A DNA stretch of 64,000 bases from Rhodosorus marinus CCMP1338 (lineage: Eukaryota > Plantae > Rhodophyta): NCBI GenBank assembly GCA_029953675.1, contig JAMWBK010000009.1, forward strand, positions 186,001 through 250,000, written 5' to 3'. Every line of letters begins with the position of its first letter. Positions within the stretch are counted from its first letter, which is position 1. The notes beneath the pieces were generated by a model that did not search any database, was not told the DNA's origin, and saw only the letters and a list, made by a program, of their open reading frames with translations. Below are positions 35,960 through 48,803 of this stretch, piece after piece. The translations under genes and the position numbers were made by a program.

Positions 35960-38900
35960 CCTGACCACTCTCCTCAGCCCACCAAGTCATTGCCATGCTG
36001 TCACATCCATCCCGATATCCAGGCTTCGTAACTACAACCTCACCTAATCCAAACGGAACCAGAAATCTCACCTGGTCCTACATGTACAAAAGTCGGCCTT
36101 TTAAATTCTCATAAGGCCAACGCCGACCAACTTGACTCCAAATGAGATGAACTCATGCACACCCAACGTCATTAGAGACCCAACAACCGCGCTGATCCGC
36201 CGGCAATCTAACTCTATCAAGACCCACGTCTCTCTACAAACGCATAAACTTCAAAGGATCCATTCTACCTCTTCAATTCTGGCAAAACCTGTTTCTCATG
36301 GACTGGTACTTAAAAGACCCCGCAAGCACTGTCAACTGGATGAAAATCCTTTCGGGCTACTTTAGCTGGATGTCTTCCACTCCTACGAGTCTGGCGTCCT
36401 TCTGCCAACCCCATAGATTCTGTAAATTTTGTTTTCTGATGACCGCATGCTTGTATGCTGTACAGTACACCCCCTCAAACTCGACGAGTCTCCTGATGAC
36501 CTGTGTGTGCCTAAGTCTCTCCGGCCTATGAAAATTCGAAGGATTTGGATGAGCAAAGTTCGACTTCGTTTTGCAGCAGGTATTGCTCATACTGTTTCAG
36601 CCTTAGGCCCTACTGGCGCAGAGCACAGGTTTCGTTGCAAAACTAGACTTATAATCTTGAAACGCAAGAGGCACTTGCCTCAGGTGCAAACTACCGATTG
36701 CGAGGAACCCGTTTCGTAGGGTACTCTGTGATCTGCAATCTTCGCCAAACCGGTCGGAGTGGTGTTCTTTGATCCATACGAGCTTGACGCGGGGGAGAAG
36801 TGGGCTGGATTCATTCCAAACTTTGCAGATTTTAGCAACATGTGCTTGTTTGTTTCATGTCTCCTAGCCTCTTGAGTACGCGGCGCTCGGAGCGGCGAGT
36901 GAGCTGGCTCGGGCGTGAAAGAGCTACTCGGTTTCTCTGGCAATTTGCAATTCGAAAGGCTCATGAATTTTTCTTGTGGCCTTGTGGCATCTGACTAATA
37001 GTGGCGGGCTTCGGTATTGAGTCTGATATAGTGAGCACGAGCTTGGTTCTCACAGGCGAATCTTTGAGGATAAGCTGTTCTGAGCTTCTTGTAGCCGGTC
37101 CAGTGCCTTGATCTTGTATTGAAGGCCTCGCAGCCCATCTGTGAATGTTGCGTACAGCATTTGCTGCAAATGGTCGTTTGCCCTCTGGATATCTTCCCCA
37201 AAACCTTTCGAGGCGTGCTCTGGTCAGGAATACAAGGCAGAAAGACAATGCAAACGGCCACTCAGAAGCGAAGTGAGTTTCGTAGTACCTTCCAAGATCC
37301 CTTGAAGCTTGTGGGACAGCTTGTCAAGCGTATCTTTTCTACTTTCGATACCCGCCAAGCCATGCTGAGCTTCGGCTGATGCTTTTTCGCGAATATCGTC
37401 ATCGTTTGGCTGAAGCGACTCTAGGGACAAATTGCGGCCCTCAGCGTAATCCGCCGCGCTTTCCCCATGTTCTAAGGGGAGCATCTGCTTGTTCAGAACA
37501 TTTCCAACTTCCTAGAACGAGCCAAGCTCTCCGTCGTCATAAAGGGCGAACTAGATCGGACAGCATGGAAAGCAGACTCTCCATTTCTTGCGACAGAAAG
37601 GACTGATTTCCCTTGGTGGGCTGTTCATGACTCACAGTACTAATATGTCCTCTCCTTGGTTCCTCGTTGTCTGCGATTGAGTCCGGTCCGGAGGGCATGA
37701 TGGCCGTGTGCAAAAGAAACAAACAACAAACAAAGTCCTTTAACAGAATCTCGGACACCGTCTTCTCTAAGGGGAACAGCAACCTCGTCTCCTCGTAAAA
37801 CCCAAGATTCTTCTTTCCTTGGAACCACGTACCCATGCCAGCGATCTTTACCCAGACTCGGCTGCCCCTTGCCTTTCCGAAGTCGCCCACTCTGAGGGCA
37901 ACCCCTGGCCGCAGAAAACAAGCACAGCAACAACTTTGATCCGTTCGAGGACATGGCCGATAGTTGCAATCAGGGCTTGGCAAAAATAAGTAAACTTCTA
38001 GAACCGCGCTTAATCCGCAGAACATCATAATTTTGGTTCTGAAAAGCAGGAAAATAAGCCCACCAAACAAAATTAAGCTTTTTCTAAAACTTTTAGTCAG
38101 ATAACATATTGAGACTAGCAATTCTTTTTTAGTGAGTTTGGCGACCCCCTCTGATGCTGATGTTGGTAGGTTCAAAAAAAGAATTCATTTGAATTTAAGA
38201 CAATTTATTAAAGCACTGGGTCATTAGGCAGGGGGTGAGGGGTGACAAATTGGTGGGTGTTGATGGTGGTGTCCGGGGTGAGGTGAGCTAGGTGGCGTTT
38301 TGAGCATTTGCGGAGGATGTTTTGCGCGGACTGAGCGATCAGCTAAGAAGGTAGTTCTGGTCAGCTAGAACGAGTTCGACTTATACAACTTACCTGACCG
38401 AATTTCGTCATTGCATGCGTAAGTTGACTATGGCCAAGGACGCTTCGAAAGAGGCGATCAGTCTGGCGGCTACAATTCTTGCAGAGACAATATTGTCCGT
38501 GCGGCTCGATAGTTCGCCTCAAAACAAGCCAAGTAGGATCGAAGGATTGTATTCCTCATCGACCACTCCTGTCCTCCACAGATAACCCTTTCCAATACGA
38601 CACGAGGAGTCAAGCGCTTAGAAACAAGTGCGAAAACGAAGGGCCACGGGGTCACAACAAGTGCAACGCTTCTTCACACGCAAACACCTCCATAGAGCTT
38701 TCATATTTGCAAAAGGGGGATTTGAGCAGGATTGGATAAGCGCTCCGGCACCCTCCACTAACACAGAATCAGCGCTCTTTGTATCGTGTGTGTCCCCAGA
38801 TACCGTTCACATTCACCATCGGTAGCAAAACGATTTTGGAAAAATTGCTAACAATATCAGCAATTGGTACTTGGATATCGCATTAAACAATGAACGCGAA

Positions 38901-39556
38901 CGAATCTTTTTTCAAGAATTTGCCAATATAGGCAGTACTGCAGACAGAGGGAGGACTCTTGCCGGGCTATCTGTCTGCTAGCTAGGGTTCTTCGCTATAT
39001 TGTTTTTGAAATAAAATTCACAGGAATCAATAGAGATGTGTCGGTTAGGATATTTTCGTCTGTTCAATTTTGTTCCATTCGTGGAGGAGATTTGTTGGAG
39101 AAAATTATGGTTACTGGTTCTCAATTGGATATTAATATATATCCTCTAGATAAATAAATATCAATATTGTGCTTATCGCCTCTCCTGAATGTTTTGGTTC
39201 AGAAATTTTTTTGCGGTCTGGGGCGTAGCATTGGAAAAGGTGCGGGGTAGGAACAGAGGGTATCTTCCTGTAATCATTTTTTGAAGTAGAAAATACTATG
39301 GGGGGTTTGTAGTGAGGATAAGAAAGACATGAACTGGTTAAGAGAATCCAGGAAAGGGACGGAATACTTCCCTTGCATTAGTGGCGAATGGGCTGTGCAG
39401 CTGACTGATCTGATCTTAACATAGGAAACGGGTTTTTTATATTTTAGTAACTATTATCACTTCCCATTTTTCGTATAGTACAAAAACATATCAATGCCAA
39501 AAACTTGGAATGGAGAACAAGCAACGTCTTGTCATATTCCGGATCAACCACTATTC

Positions 39557-40561
39557 TTACACGGCTGTGAGCTGTACCGTATCGTTCTTCTGGGATGGAA
39601 CGATTTGCGCTTGCTCAACCCTATTATACAAGCTGGATGACAATCCGTTCAGAGAGTTGTTCCTCAGCACGTAGCGATTCAACGCATGAGCTACACCAGC
39701 CTCGTCGTTCGTTTTCGTTACGTCCTTGGCAACGTTCTTCAAGCATGGCATAGCATTCCCCATCGCTACTCCGTACTTTGCCATTTCCATCATCTCCAGG
39801 TCGTTTTCAGCGTCTCCAAGAGCTAGGAGGTTGTCAAATTTCCCTCCAAAGCTGTCCAGGAACATTTCCACCCCAGCACCCTTTGACCCCTGTCCGGGCA
39901 AGATTTCGATCATGTCGGGAATCGCCTGGGTCACCTTCGCTTCACCCTCCATCAATATGTCGATCTCTCCACGGTACTTCTTGCACTCTTCCACTGGTGC
40001 AAGGAACATGAACTTGTGCAGTGGAACCTTTCCGATCACGTTCTCCCATTTTCCGATAGGTTCCGGGTGTGGTTCCTTGTAAGGGCGAAGTTTCTCCGTC
40101 TCTGCGTCAAACTTCTCGCACAGGATTCGGTCCTCGTTGTACGCAACAAGCGTCATCCCAAGCTCGCGCGCCTTGTTCACAATCTTCCAGCTCGTGCTCT
40201 CCGGCACCGTCTTCTCGTATACAATCTCTCCCTTCAGCCCATACACAATCAGGCCGTTAAGGAATACTCCGGGCACCTGGCCACCGTAGGCCTTGCGCAG
40301 GTGCTCCTCAATCGTAGGGCCTACACTGTTCAGCACGCCCTGTCGGGACTTGCCACTAGCACAGACAAACTTGACACCACCCGCAAGCGTATCGATGATC
40401 GCCTCCTCCACTCTCGGGTCAACGCTGTGCTTGCTATTCAGCAGCGTCCCATCAACATCACATGTGACGTACTTCACATTGGGTCTTTGTTGCGGTACGC
40501 TCCTGACTTTCTTCACGATCACTCTCGAGTCGATTGTTGTCCTCCTCACCTTCACAGCCAT
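39557..40561 (-). CDS. Cof-type HAD-IIB phosphatase, copy 1, intronless
   Basis: DVDGTLLN (motif I), ASGK (II), SKGAG (III), GDAEND (IV), AMGNA. Confidence 0.92.
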   Translation of the reverse strand: MAVKVRRTTIDSRVIVKKVRSVPQQRPNVKYVTCDVDGTLLNSKHSVDPRVEEAIIDTLAGGVKFVCASGKSRQGVLNSVGPTIEEHLRKAYGGQVPGVFLNGLIVYGLKGEIVYEKTVPESTSWKIVNKARELGMTLVAYNEDRILCEKFDAETEKLRPYKEPHPEPIGKWENVIGKVPLHKFMFLAPVEECKKYRGEIDILMEGEAKVTQAIPDMIEILPGQGSKGAGVEMFLDSFGGKFDNLLALGDAENDLEMMEMAKYGVAMGNAMPCLKNVAKDVTKTNDEAGVAHALNRYVLRNNSLNGLSSSLYNRVEQAQIVPSQKNDTVQLTAV

Positions 40562-40731
40562 TTCGAATTTGTAATTGTATTTTTAGAAGCAATCGTGCGT
40601 CCTTATAAGTTTATAACAAGATCAAGTATCTCTTCACAGGTTCGTGTCCTTCTGGTTGTTCACCTTCCTCGCCTGCCGCTTACTTGCCCTTCCAAGATTG
40701 CGTCTCCGCGGCATTTCACCCCCCACTTACG

Positions 40732-40740
40732 TATTTATAC
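40732..40740 (-). promoter_or_regulatory. TATA-like GTATAAATA upstream of HAD copy 1
   Basis: Identical 9-mer lies 110-175 bp upstream of all three HAD ATGs although the flanks do not align. Confidence 0.5.
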
Positions 40741-41064
40741 CCTTGCGAAGTGATCTGTGTATCTGTTCAGCTCGCCCCCTATCCCCCCCCTCAAAATGTG
40801 ATTCTGCAGAAAGCACCAAATGGATTCATAATAAAAATTTTCAATTTTTTCCCTCCCATTTATTGATTTGAACTAATTTCAGAGAGGACTGCAGACCACA
40901 TCATTTATTCAAAAATATATGAAAATTAACGAGTTCCAGGACTAGCGTTGGATATGATAGCATGAATTTCAAGAGATTTGTTCTGGCCACATGGTGTTTC
41001 TTGGCCAAGCAATTACTTTCAAACTACGGTACTACGAAAACTCTATATTTTAATGACTTGTTCT

Positions 41065-41468
41065 GGCCATACATGGCCGGACTCCTTTTTTCGTTTTTCG
41101 TGCTCAGAGGAATATGAAAAGAAAAGCATTTCAGGCCATTACATAGAAACCATTGGCAAAATTTCCATCTTTGTGCAAGTCCACCTATAGAAATATGCAT
41201 TATTTTATACGGCCAGAGCTGGACAGTAAATAAATACTTTATTTTAAATATATATTTCAATATATATTTAAAAATATTATATTATAGAAATAATATCTTG
41301 GCCATATCTGGCCACTATAAATCTATTACAATATTCGTCCAAATACACAATATAATAGAAAAATAATCGACTCCTTTGCACTTTGCTGATCAGTCCAGGA
41401 ACTTTCGAATGCGAGGCGGATGAAACTTATGTTGATAAAGAGAAGAAATTACCTGGCCAATGCTGGCC
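41065..41468. promoter_or_regulatory. Cluster of palindromic GGCCA-N4-TGGCC sites (41065, 41300, 41455; one-mismatch copy at 41211)
   Basis: Read directly from sequence, in AT-rich DNA 500-900 bp upstream of HAD copy 1. Function is inferred. Confidence 0.55.
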
Positions 41469-44400
41469 GCAGAATATTATCGCCAGTTAATTCGATCGTA
41501 TATTTAATAGTAGAACTTTTCCGTTGGGCACTTTTGGCCAAAAAAATTCAAATGGTTTTCTAGACGAAATGATAGTCTACGTTTGAAATATCTAGTCATT
41601 CTGATCTAGCCTCTTAAATATTCTTTGAAATATGTCCTGAACTCTCGGGCAACAAGGTAATACATATATATTTAGCCACTATCGACTTCAGTTTTACGAC
41701 ACGTGAGTATTCTGGACTTGATGTTGGTCCTTATTGACGGAAAGAGATACAAAGAAACGGTTAACGTCTTCCCTGATATAGAAGAAAAATGTCAGGGGGT
41801 GAAACGCATGGCTATTGCATCTGAAAAATTTCTGCGACTGGCAAACTATCCTGGGGGTGTTTACTTGAATATTCTAGAGCCTTTTCTTACGAAGAACAAT
41901 ATTCCGATTTCGGCGCGCGATTCTCTGTGGGGCCAGGCTGAAAGTTCTGCGTTTTGAAAAGTTCTAAGCCGTTAGGAGGGGTTCAGCAACGGTCTAAACT
42001 GATTTCGGAGACATAGCAAATAGTAAGGAACTGCTTGGTCTATACCCCCCCAATTTTGACTGAGGGAAACTGATGAGAATTTAAATAGATGTTTTTGCGT
42101 TATTTATTTCATAGGTTGTTAGATTTTGAGCGGGAAACTCTGGAGGGGTGGGATAATTATGGTACTGACGCAAGGATTGTCCCGCTGGGAAGGGTGGTTG
42201 CTGGGGGTTTCGTCCACAATAAATTTCTCTCCGATATTTGTAGAAGGCTTCTGTACGGACAGCGATTGTTCGTGCTTTGTTGATATGAGAGAAGAGCGTT
42301 TTCCCGCTGCAGGGTCACACCACAAAAAAAATAGCTGGACAGATATTTCGTCAACAGATTTGCTTTTAAAGAAAAAACTGCACCGGAATTACATCAGTGC
42401 TTTCTATGGGTGGCGGTGGTTGCAACATATGGATTGGAAAATCAAAATCCACGTCTTCGGGAAGGCCCGCCCGAATTTCTTTGGAGCCGGTCCCCCCCAG
42501 ACTCGCCATGACATTTTGATCAGCCGCTTTTTCGTTCCCTCCAAAGTTTCGGATTGCGCTCTGTTCGAGAGGCAGCTTTCAATTTTGATTGGGACAATCT
42601 TTTTTCCGAAATTTTCTGAGGCAGGGAAGCTTCGATTTGGATATTCTATTGACCATTCTCGAAAATGCTCAGCTCCGCTGAGCGAATTTAAATATGTATA
42701 TTACCTCTTTATTTTACTTTTATTCCAGATCAGCAGAAGCACATACGTGGGGTATGACATCGAAAACAATTATTCCAACAAGACACCATCTCCCAACTCC
42801 TTGATAGGTCGGATTGCTAAGCGAAAGTACCTCATATATTTGGAAAAAGAAGTTAATTGGTGCTATTCTTTGCAAGAAGGCTAGGGGTAGAAGAAACAAA
42901 AACAATTACTAAATTGCAATAAAAATGAATTCATGTGTTGTTAAATAATTCTACTCCTGCCTTTCGCTAAAAATCTACAATCGTTTTCCCAGAACTTTAA
43001 AACAAAAGATGGCGGGGGCAAGTGCTATCGGGACTAAAGTGCGCGGTTACCATGCCAGGATCTTTTTTTAGTCAACTGTTACTTGGATGGGTAGGTCATT
43101 AGGAGATGAGATACTTTGATGCCTAGATTGGCAACGTGAAACTCCGATTCAAATATTGTGGAATAAAAAACTGCATCGGTTAGTTTGAGAAGATCTTCGC
43201 TCTCAGGAGAGGGAGTCCTTGAAGAGGCTCCTAAGGGTTATTTGAGCGTATGGGCGATGCCCATTTTCATGGGGGGGTGATGGAGTGTGGGAATATCTGG
43301 TCGAAGGTAGTTTTTGATCGAGTAAGTGGTAATTCAGAATGTCCTGAAATTTGGGGCGCGTCCCACAGAGCTCTTTCCTAAAAGGGTTATACAGAATTCT
43401 CGCTCACAATGTTGGGAAGAACGCCCTAGTTCCGTCTGGCGCTACCCTTTCCTCGCTTACAGGGGTTCCGTAACCCCATCCGATTTGATATCTGAAGAAG
43501 ATCTAGAATCTCGGCTTGTCAGACGGGCAGGGAAGATGGCGGCAAAGCAGAGTTGGAAGGCATGGTACACCTCCGCCTGCTTCAGAGCTAGGAGATCCGA
43601 AGCTCGTTGACTAGCTTGAGCGGTACCGCCTCCCTCGAGCGGATTCGTGCTGACCCCGAACGGTTTCCCGCTGCATTTGAGAACACAGGGATTGACGAGG
43701 AACACCAAGCTACACTACCCAAGTTCGCTAGATCAGAAGCTCTTGATGTGCTCTACAGGGAATCTCAGCACGGGCCTTCTGCTCAAAGTGCACAAGGCGT
43801 CCTTGTAGTTCGGAGGAGTCATGGTAAAGAGCTCTTGCAGATGTGACAGACCCAGACTCTGGCCTCCGAGAAAATCAGGATTCTCCGTAGCCTAGCGCAT
43901 AGTTAAGAGACCTCTGTAACTGTCTGCAAGAGCAACAGTTTAGATATTCCAATCAGATCAGATTCCACGAAAGTACAGCCGTCACGAGCCTGACATGAGC
44001 TGTGAGAGCTCAGCATCAACACCATTCTGCCAGCAGCTCATCTTCTATTGAGAGGCAACAGCTCTACCCAGCGTTGAATAGAGTGCTCCTTTTTTTTCAA
44101 GGGGTAGTTCAAAAAAAGATGTCCTCATGGGGTGGCTACGAAAGCGCCTTTCAGGAAAAGATCGTTCAGAAAACGATGGAGGAAAAGCACTCCTACATAT
44201 TTTGTCGGGAACATGTTTCCCCCCGGGGCACGAGTATCATCGTAATCAGAATCGTTTTGGTTCCCAACGGGCTTCGGCTTGCACGGCTGTTCCGAGTGGT
44301 TTTGATTGGGATAAATTTTTTTCCTAAACTTCTGAGGCCGGGATGGGCTACATGGGATATTATATTCGTTTCTCTTGAAATCGTGCCGCAGTCAAGTGCT

Positions 44401-44769
44401 CTTTCAAACGGTTTATTTACCCCTTTATTTTTCCACTATTCAGTACTCAACCGCTCATTCCCTGGGGTATGTGTCTCCTCCACAATTGAGTTCGAAAAGG
44501 AAACGAAGTCAAAGGCTCTCTGTCCCCAGCAGTTTCCATACATTCCTTTCTAAATATTTCGTGAAACGAATAAACCAGAATGGATCGATCACAGATATCC
44601 AGGGGTTAAAGGATATTGATTATACTCTGTTTGAGTAAAACAAATTTGGACCATCCACAAGTTAGTTTTCCTAAATAATCTCAAGCTCTATATTCTTGAT
44701 GTCACATAGTTAGTAAAAAGCTTCAAAAAATTGCCTCCCATTTATCTTAAAAAACAAAACAATTATTGG

Positions 44770-44783
44770 GGCCAGCTTTGGCC
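44770..44783. promoter_or_regulatory. Palindromic GGCCA-N4-TGGCC site upstream of HAD copy 2
   Basis: GGCCAGCTTTGGCC, about 390 bp upstream of ATG 45175. Confidence 0.5.
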
Positions 44784-45037
44784 TCAAAAACAAAACTTTC
44801 GAAAAACAAAAAGGTTTTTTCTTGAAGAAATTTCTGGGCCAAAAAAGAAGCAGCCCATGCGCCTCTAATTTTTTTTTGAAAACGGTTCATCGCCTGTGAT
44901 TTTGTGCACCCCTCATAAAATTACTCACAATCAAATAATTGAACCATGAAGATTGGAAAATATTATTCCGAATCCATTTGTGCTTCCTTTTTGGTGCAGG
45001 TCACATTGGGAGATGGATAGATATCACGTCTAGAAGG

Positions 45038-45046
45038 GTATAAATA
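45038..45046 (+). promoter_or_regulatory. TATA-like GTATAAATA upstream of HAD copy 2
   Basis: Same 9-mer as at copies 1 and 3. Confidence 0.5.
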
Positions 45047-45174
45047 GGTAGGGTTTGCTGGGATCCCCCTGTGGGTTAGCGGATTGTGCAGAGAAAGGGT
45101 AGAGGACTCATAGCCCCAAGACCTAGACTGTTAGCAGTGACTTGATCTTCTCGGATACAATCAAATACATCGAA

Positions 45175-46179
45175 ATGGCGGTCAAGGTGAAGAGGACAAC
45201 AATCGACTCGAGACTGATCGTGAAGAAAGTCAGGAGCGTACCGCAACAAAGACCCAATGTGAAGTACGTCACATGTGATGTTGATGGGACGCTGCTGAAT
45301 AGCAAGCACAGCGTTGACCCGAGAGTGGAGGAGGCGATCATCGATACCCTGGCATGTGGTGTCAAGTTTGTCTGTGCTAGTGGCAAGTCCCGACAGGGCG
45401 TGCTGAACAGTGTAGGCCCTACGATTGAGGAGCACCTGCGCAAGGCCTACGGTGGCCAGGTGCCCGGAGTATTCCTTAACGGCCTGATTGTGTATGGGCT
45501 GAAGGGAGAGATTGTATACGAGAAGACGGTGCCGGAGAGCACGAGCTGGAAGATTGTGAACAAGGCGCGCGAGCTTGGGATGACGCTTGTTGCGTACAAC
45601 GAGGACCGAATCCTGTGCGAGAAGTTTGACGCAGAGACGGAGAAACTTCGCCCGTACAAGGAACCACACCCGGAACCTATCGGAAAATGGGAGAACGTGA
45701 TCGGAAAGGTTCCACTGCACAAGTTCATGTTCCTTGCACCAGTGGAAGAGTGCAAGAAGTACCGTGGAGAGATCGACATATTGATGGAGGGTGAAGCGAA
45801 GGTGACCCAGGCGATTCCCGACATGATCGAAATCTTGCCCGGACAGGGGTCAAAGGGTGCTGGGGTGGAAATGTTCCTGGACAGCTTTGGAGGGAAATTT
45901 GACAACCTCCTAGCTCTTGGAGACGCTGAAAACGACCTGGAGATGATGGAAATGGCAAAGTACGGTGTAGCTATGGGGAATGCTATGCCATGCTTGAAGA
46001 ACGTTGCCAAGGACGTAACGAAAACGAACGACGAGGCTGGTGTAGCTCATGCGTTGAACCGCTACGTGCTGAGGAACAACTCTCTGAACGGATTGTCATC
46101 CAGCTTGTACAATAGGGTTGAGCAAGCGCAAATCGTTCCATCCCAGAAGAACGATAAGGTGCAGCTTGCAACCGTGTAA
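45175..46179 (+). CDS. Cof-type HAD-IIB phosphatase, copy 2, intronless
   Basis: Same motifs as copy 1; near-identical, inverted copy. Confidence 0.92.
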   Translation: MAVKVKRTTIDSRLIVKKVRSVPQQRPNVKYVTCDVDGTLLNSKHSVDPRVEEAIIDTLACGVKFVCASGKSRQGVLNSVGPTIEEHLRKAYGGQVPGVFLNGLIVYGLKGEIVYEKTVPESTSWKIVNKARELGMTLVAYNEDRILCEKFDAETEKLRPYKEPHPEPIGKWENVIGKVPLHKFMFLAPVEECKKYRGEIDILMEGEAKVTQAIPDMIEILPGQGSKGAGVEMFLDSFGGKFDNLLALGDAENDLEMMEMAKYGVAMGNAMPCLKNVAKDVTKTNDEAGVAHALNRYVLRNNSLNGLSSSLYNRVEQAQIVPSQKNDKVQLATV

Positions 46180-48803
46180 GAATACTATTGATGATAAGGG
46201 GCTCCGAAGGAGCCGGATTAGTACCATACTTTGTACAATACTATCGAAGGAATATTATAATAAAAGAACGTTCAAACAAAAACCGATCACCTCTCTACAC
46301 GGTCAAAAACCACAAACCAACCGCAACCCGAATATCCCGAAACCGACAACTCACACGTTGCGCAAAGTATGTCGCTCCCCACCTTCCTCCAACAACTTGC
46401 TTCCCCGCATCCACCACCACTGTTTCTACGAATTGATTGAGGACATGCCCACGACCAACAGCACCTCACCCCCCCTCCTTCCCCCGCCACGCGAGCCTAC
46501 TTCAACCCCTCTAGGGAACTAACTCTTTCAGCAATCAGAACCCTACACGAGCATTGGTCCTAAAACAAAACAAAGGAATCCAAAATAGCATTCAAATTAT
46601 AATCACGTCAATATATGTTTATCCAAACTATTTTTCCATAGAAGGCATTATCCAATGAATTCTAGCCACGAGCAAAAGTATCTGAAAATATCCTAACGGA
46701 CTCATCTAATTCCATTCCCGTTAATTTCTTCATAAATACAAAACTCTTCGGGAAACCCAAGAGGTCTTTTTTTCAAGTCGGATCCGCTGCCAGGGAGAAT
46801 CTCGAAGTCGCGGAAGCGGGCAAGTGGAAAAGACAAAGAAGGGCCAGTTAGAGTTGAGGACCAAGCTGAAGCTTCGCTAAATGGTGTGGAAGGCCATGCA
46901 CGCGGAGAAGTGAGAGAGAGGCGGAGGTGGACACGGATGATGGCGCCAGGTCTTTGGCGGTTTTTGTTGGGTGTCCCTACTGGAGCAGACGGACTATGCC
47001 GGAAGCGGGAGGACCTGCCGAAATTGGGATACCAGCAACCGGCTGAAAGCAAGTGGAGAGCTTCAGTCCTATCTGTCAACAAGAAACGCCAGAGGTGGAT
47101 GTAGTCGTAACCTCTACTAAGCAGCTGCCCCAGTTTCAGCACCTTCAGTATTCTGTCCACCTCCTTCCTCACCAGCGGCAACGAGCTTGGTTGAGAAAGG
47201 CATCTAGAATCGGAGCAACAGGGCACGGACGCGGCCTTAACCATCTGGTAGAGTCGGCGGTGCCTGTCCAGCCACTGTTGATGAGACCTGTCGCGAGATG
47301 GGCAGGGTAGGAAAATTGCGGCAGTGGTAGGTGCTGGGTAGTTGCTGACCGACTTCCGGAGTAGCTAAGAAAACTGGTTCCGAGCTCACGTGAGAACGGA
47401 GACTCTGGGTTCCGAGTTTGGGCCCTGCTGAGCTCAGCTGACCCCGGGTCCAACGCCGAGCCCAAATTCAGATAGTCTCCACCTGCTGATCTGCTGCGTA
47501 TCACCCCGATTTATTAGCTGGCGGCGGCGGGGGGACTTCTCCGTTCAGAAGAATTGTGCCCATCCTCCGACAAAACTCATTTAGTACCATCGTTCGGAAA
47601 TCCCCTTAGGTTATTTTTTTATGTGGTGCTAACCACTGTGTTGGTAGCTAGATAGAGGGACGACTCAGTTATGGCAGTGTTGGTTTCATGCCCTGAAGAG
47701 CAAGGACAAAGTTTAATCTATGAGCGAGGCTACTCAGGCCGATAAGGAAGCTAAGATAGTGACTCCCCCTAATAGGTAATTCAAAGCCTGGAGCTGGTCT
47801 GTGCACCGTTTTCTCCTATTCAGCGCTACAAGCTTTTCTCAATGTCAAAAATTCCAACCGCAGGAAGCATCAACTCTTGCTTTGAAACTCGCTCAATCGT
47901 GTTTCAGACCAAAACAGTCCGCGCTTGTGAGTTCCGGATCAGACTCTACACACTCCTTGGTGCGCTCCTTTCCCATCATCTCGGAGCGCTTGAAAAATAG
48001 CCTCTACCCTACTACACAGCAAGCAAGGAGGTTTTGCTCTCTTTCACAATCCTGGCCCTCATCAGTAGCCGCGGTCCCAGCTATTTGCGCAGCATACTGC
48101 CCTTTACTATGATGAACCCGCCGCTTTTGGGCGGTGGCCATCGGTATACGGTCAGTTTTCCCGAAAGGCTTACTGCACGAAGGAAGCCGACCACAACAAC
48201 TCTCCACCAGTACTGGATACTCAATTCCTGTTCCGAACCAGGGAAAAATAGAATTGTTTGTGCAAGGCAAACTGGAGTCGTAGCTGGCAGGTCGCGATCG
48301 GGCGAGGATGCTAGCTACGTAGACTAAAGACGAACAGGAAAGGCGGTTGAACGCTTGAACGAGCACATTGCATTTCTCTGCCAGAGTGTCACGATCGCCA
48401 TCCAACGAAGCAAACCAGTGTAACGCCGTAACGCCAACCAGCTGTCCCCACTTTTTTACTTTCCGTTTGTTACAGTCCTAAGCCCATCTTAATTTTCTCC
48501 TAGAAATTTAGACGAAGCAGCAAAATCTATTAATTCTTAACCGTTGGATCAATATTTATAAAACCAAACACAATGCAATTTAAAGCAAGGTAGATATTTT
48601 TGAATGGTTTCAAAAATTCAACATACAAATCATGAAAAAAATCCAGTTTTCGCGGCCTCACAGCGCCACTCAAAATCGAGTAAATCCAAAGAAAATTATC
48701 ATATTACTCGATCCGCCTTTCTTGAGCCACCCGCGAAAATGATTTGCCTCGATGCTGAATTTCTCTTTAAATATTTTCACGAGTTTTCTAGAAGATTATT
48801 ATG

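Noticed and set aside
38417-38590. AKDASKEAISLAATI resembling a histone-fold (NF-YB/DPB4) segment
   Set aside because: Too short, and the preceding helix is absent in frame.
40016-40753. 245-aa plus-strand ORF, and its equivalents 45076-45720 and 49242-50054
   Set aside because: Antisense shadows of the HAD genes. They repeat only because the HAD cores are duplicated, and their ends differ arbitrarily between copies.
42126-42884. 252-aa ORF between HAD copies 1 and 2 (also 44002-44553)
   Set aside because: Non-ATG starts, no recognisable motif, and no promoter-type skew or splice support.
46700-48410. Retroelement-like peptide scraps (LVRKEVDRILK, DGDRDT)
   Set aside because: Motifs are isolated and out of order, with no YxDD or LTRs. 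It is probably decayed repeat DNA but cannot be assigned.
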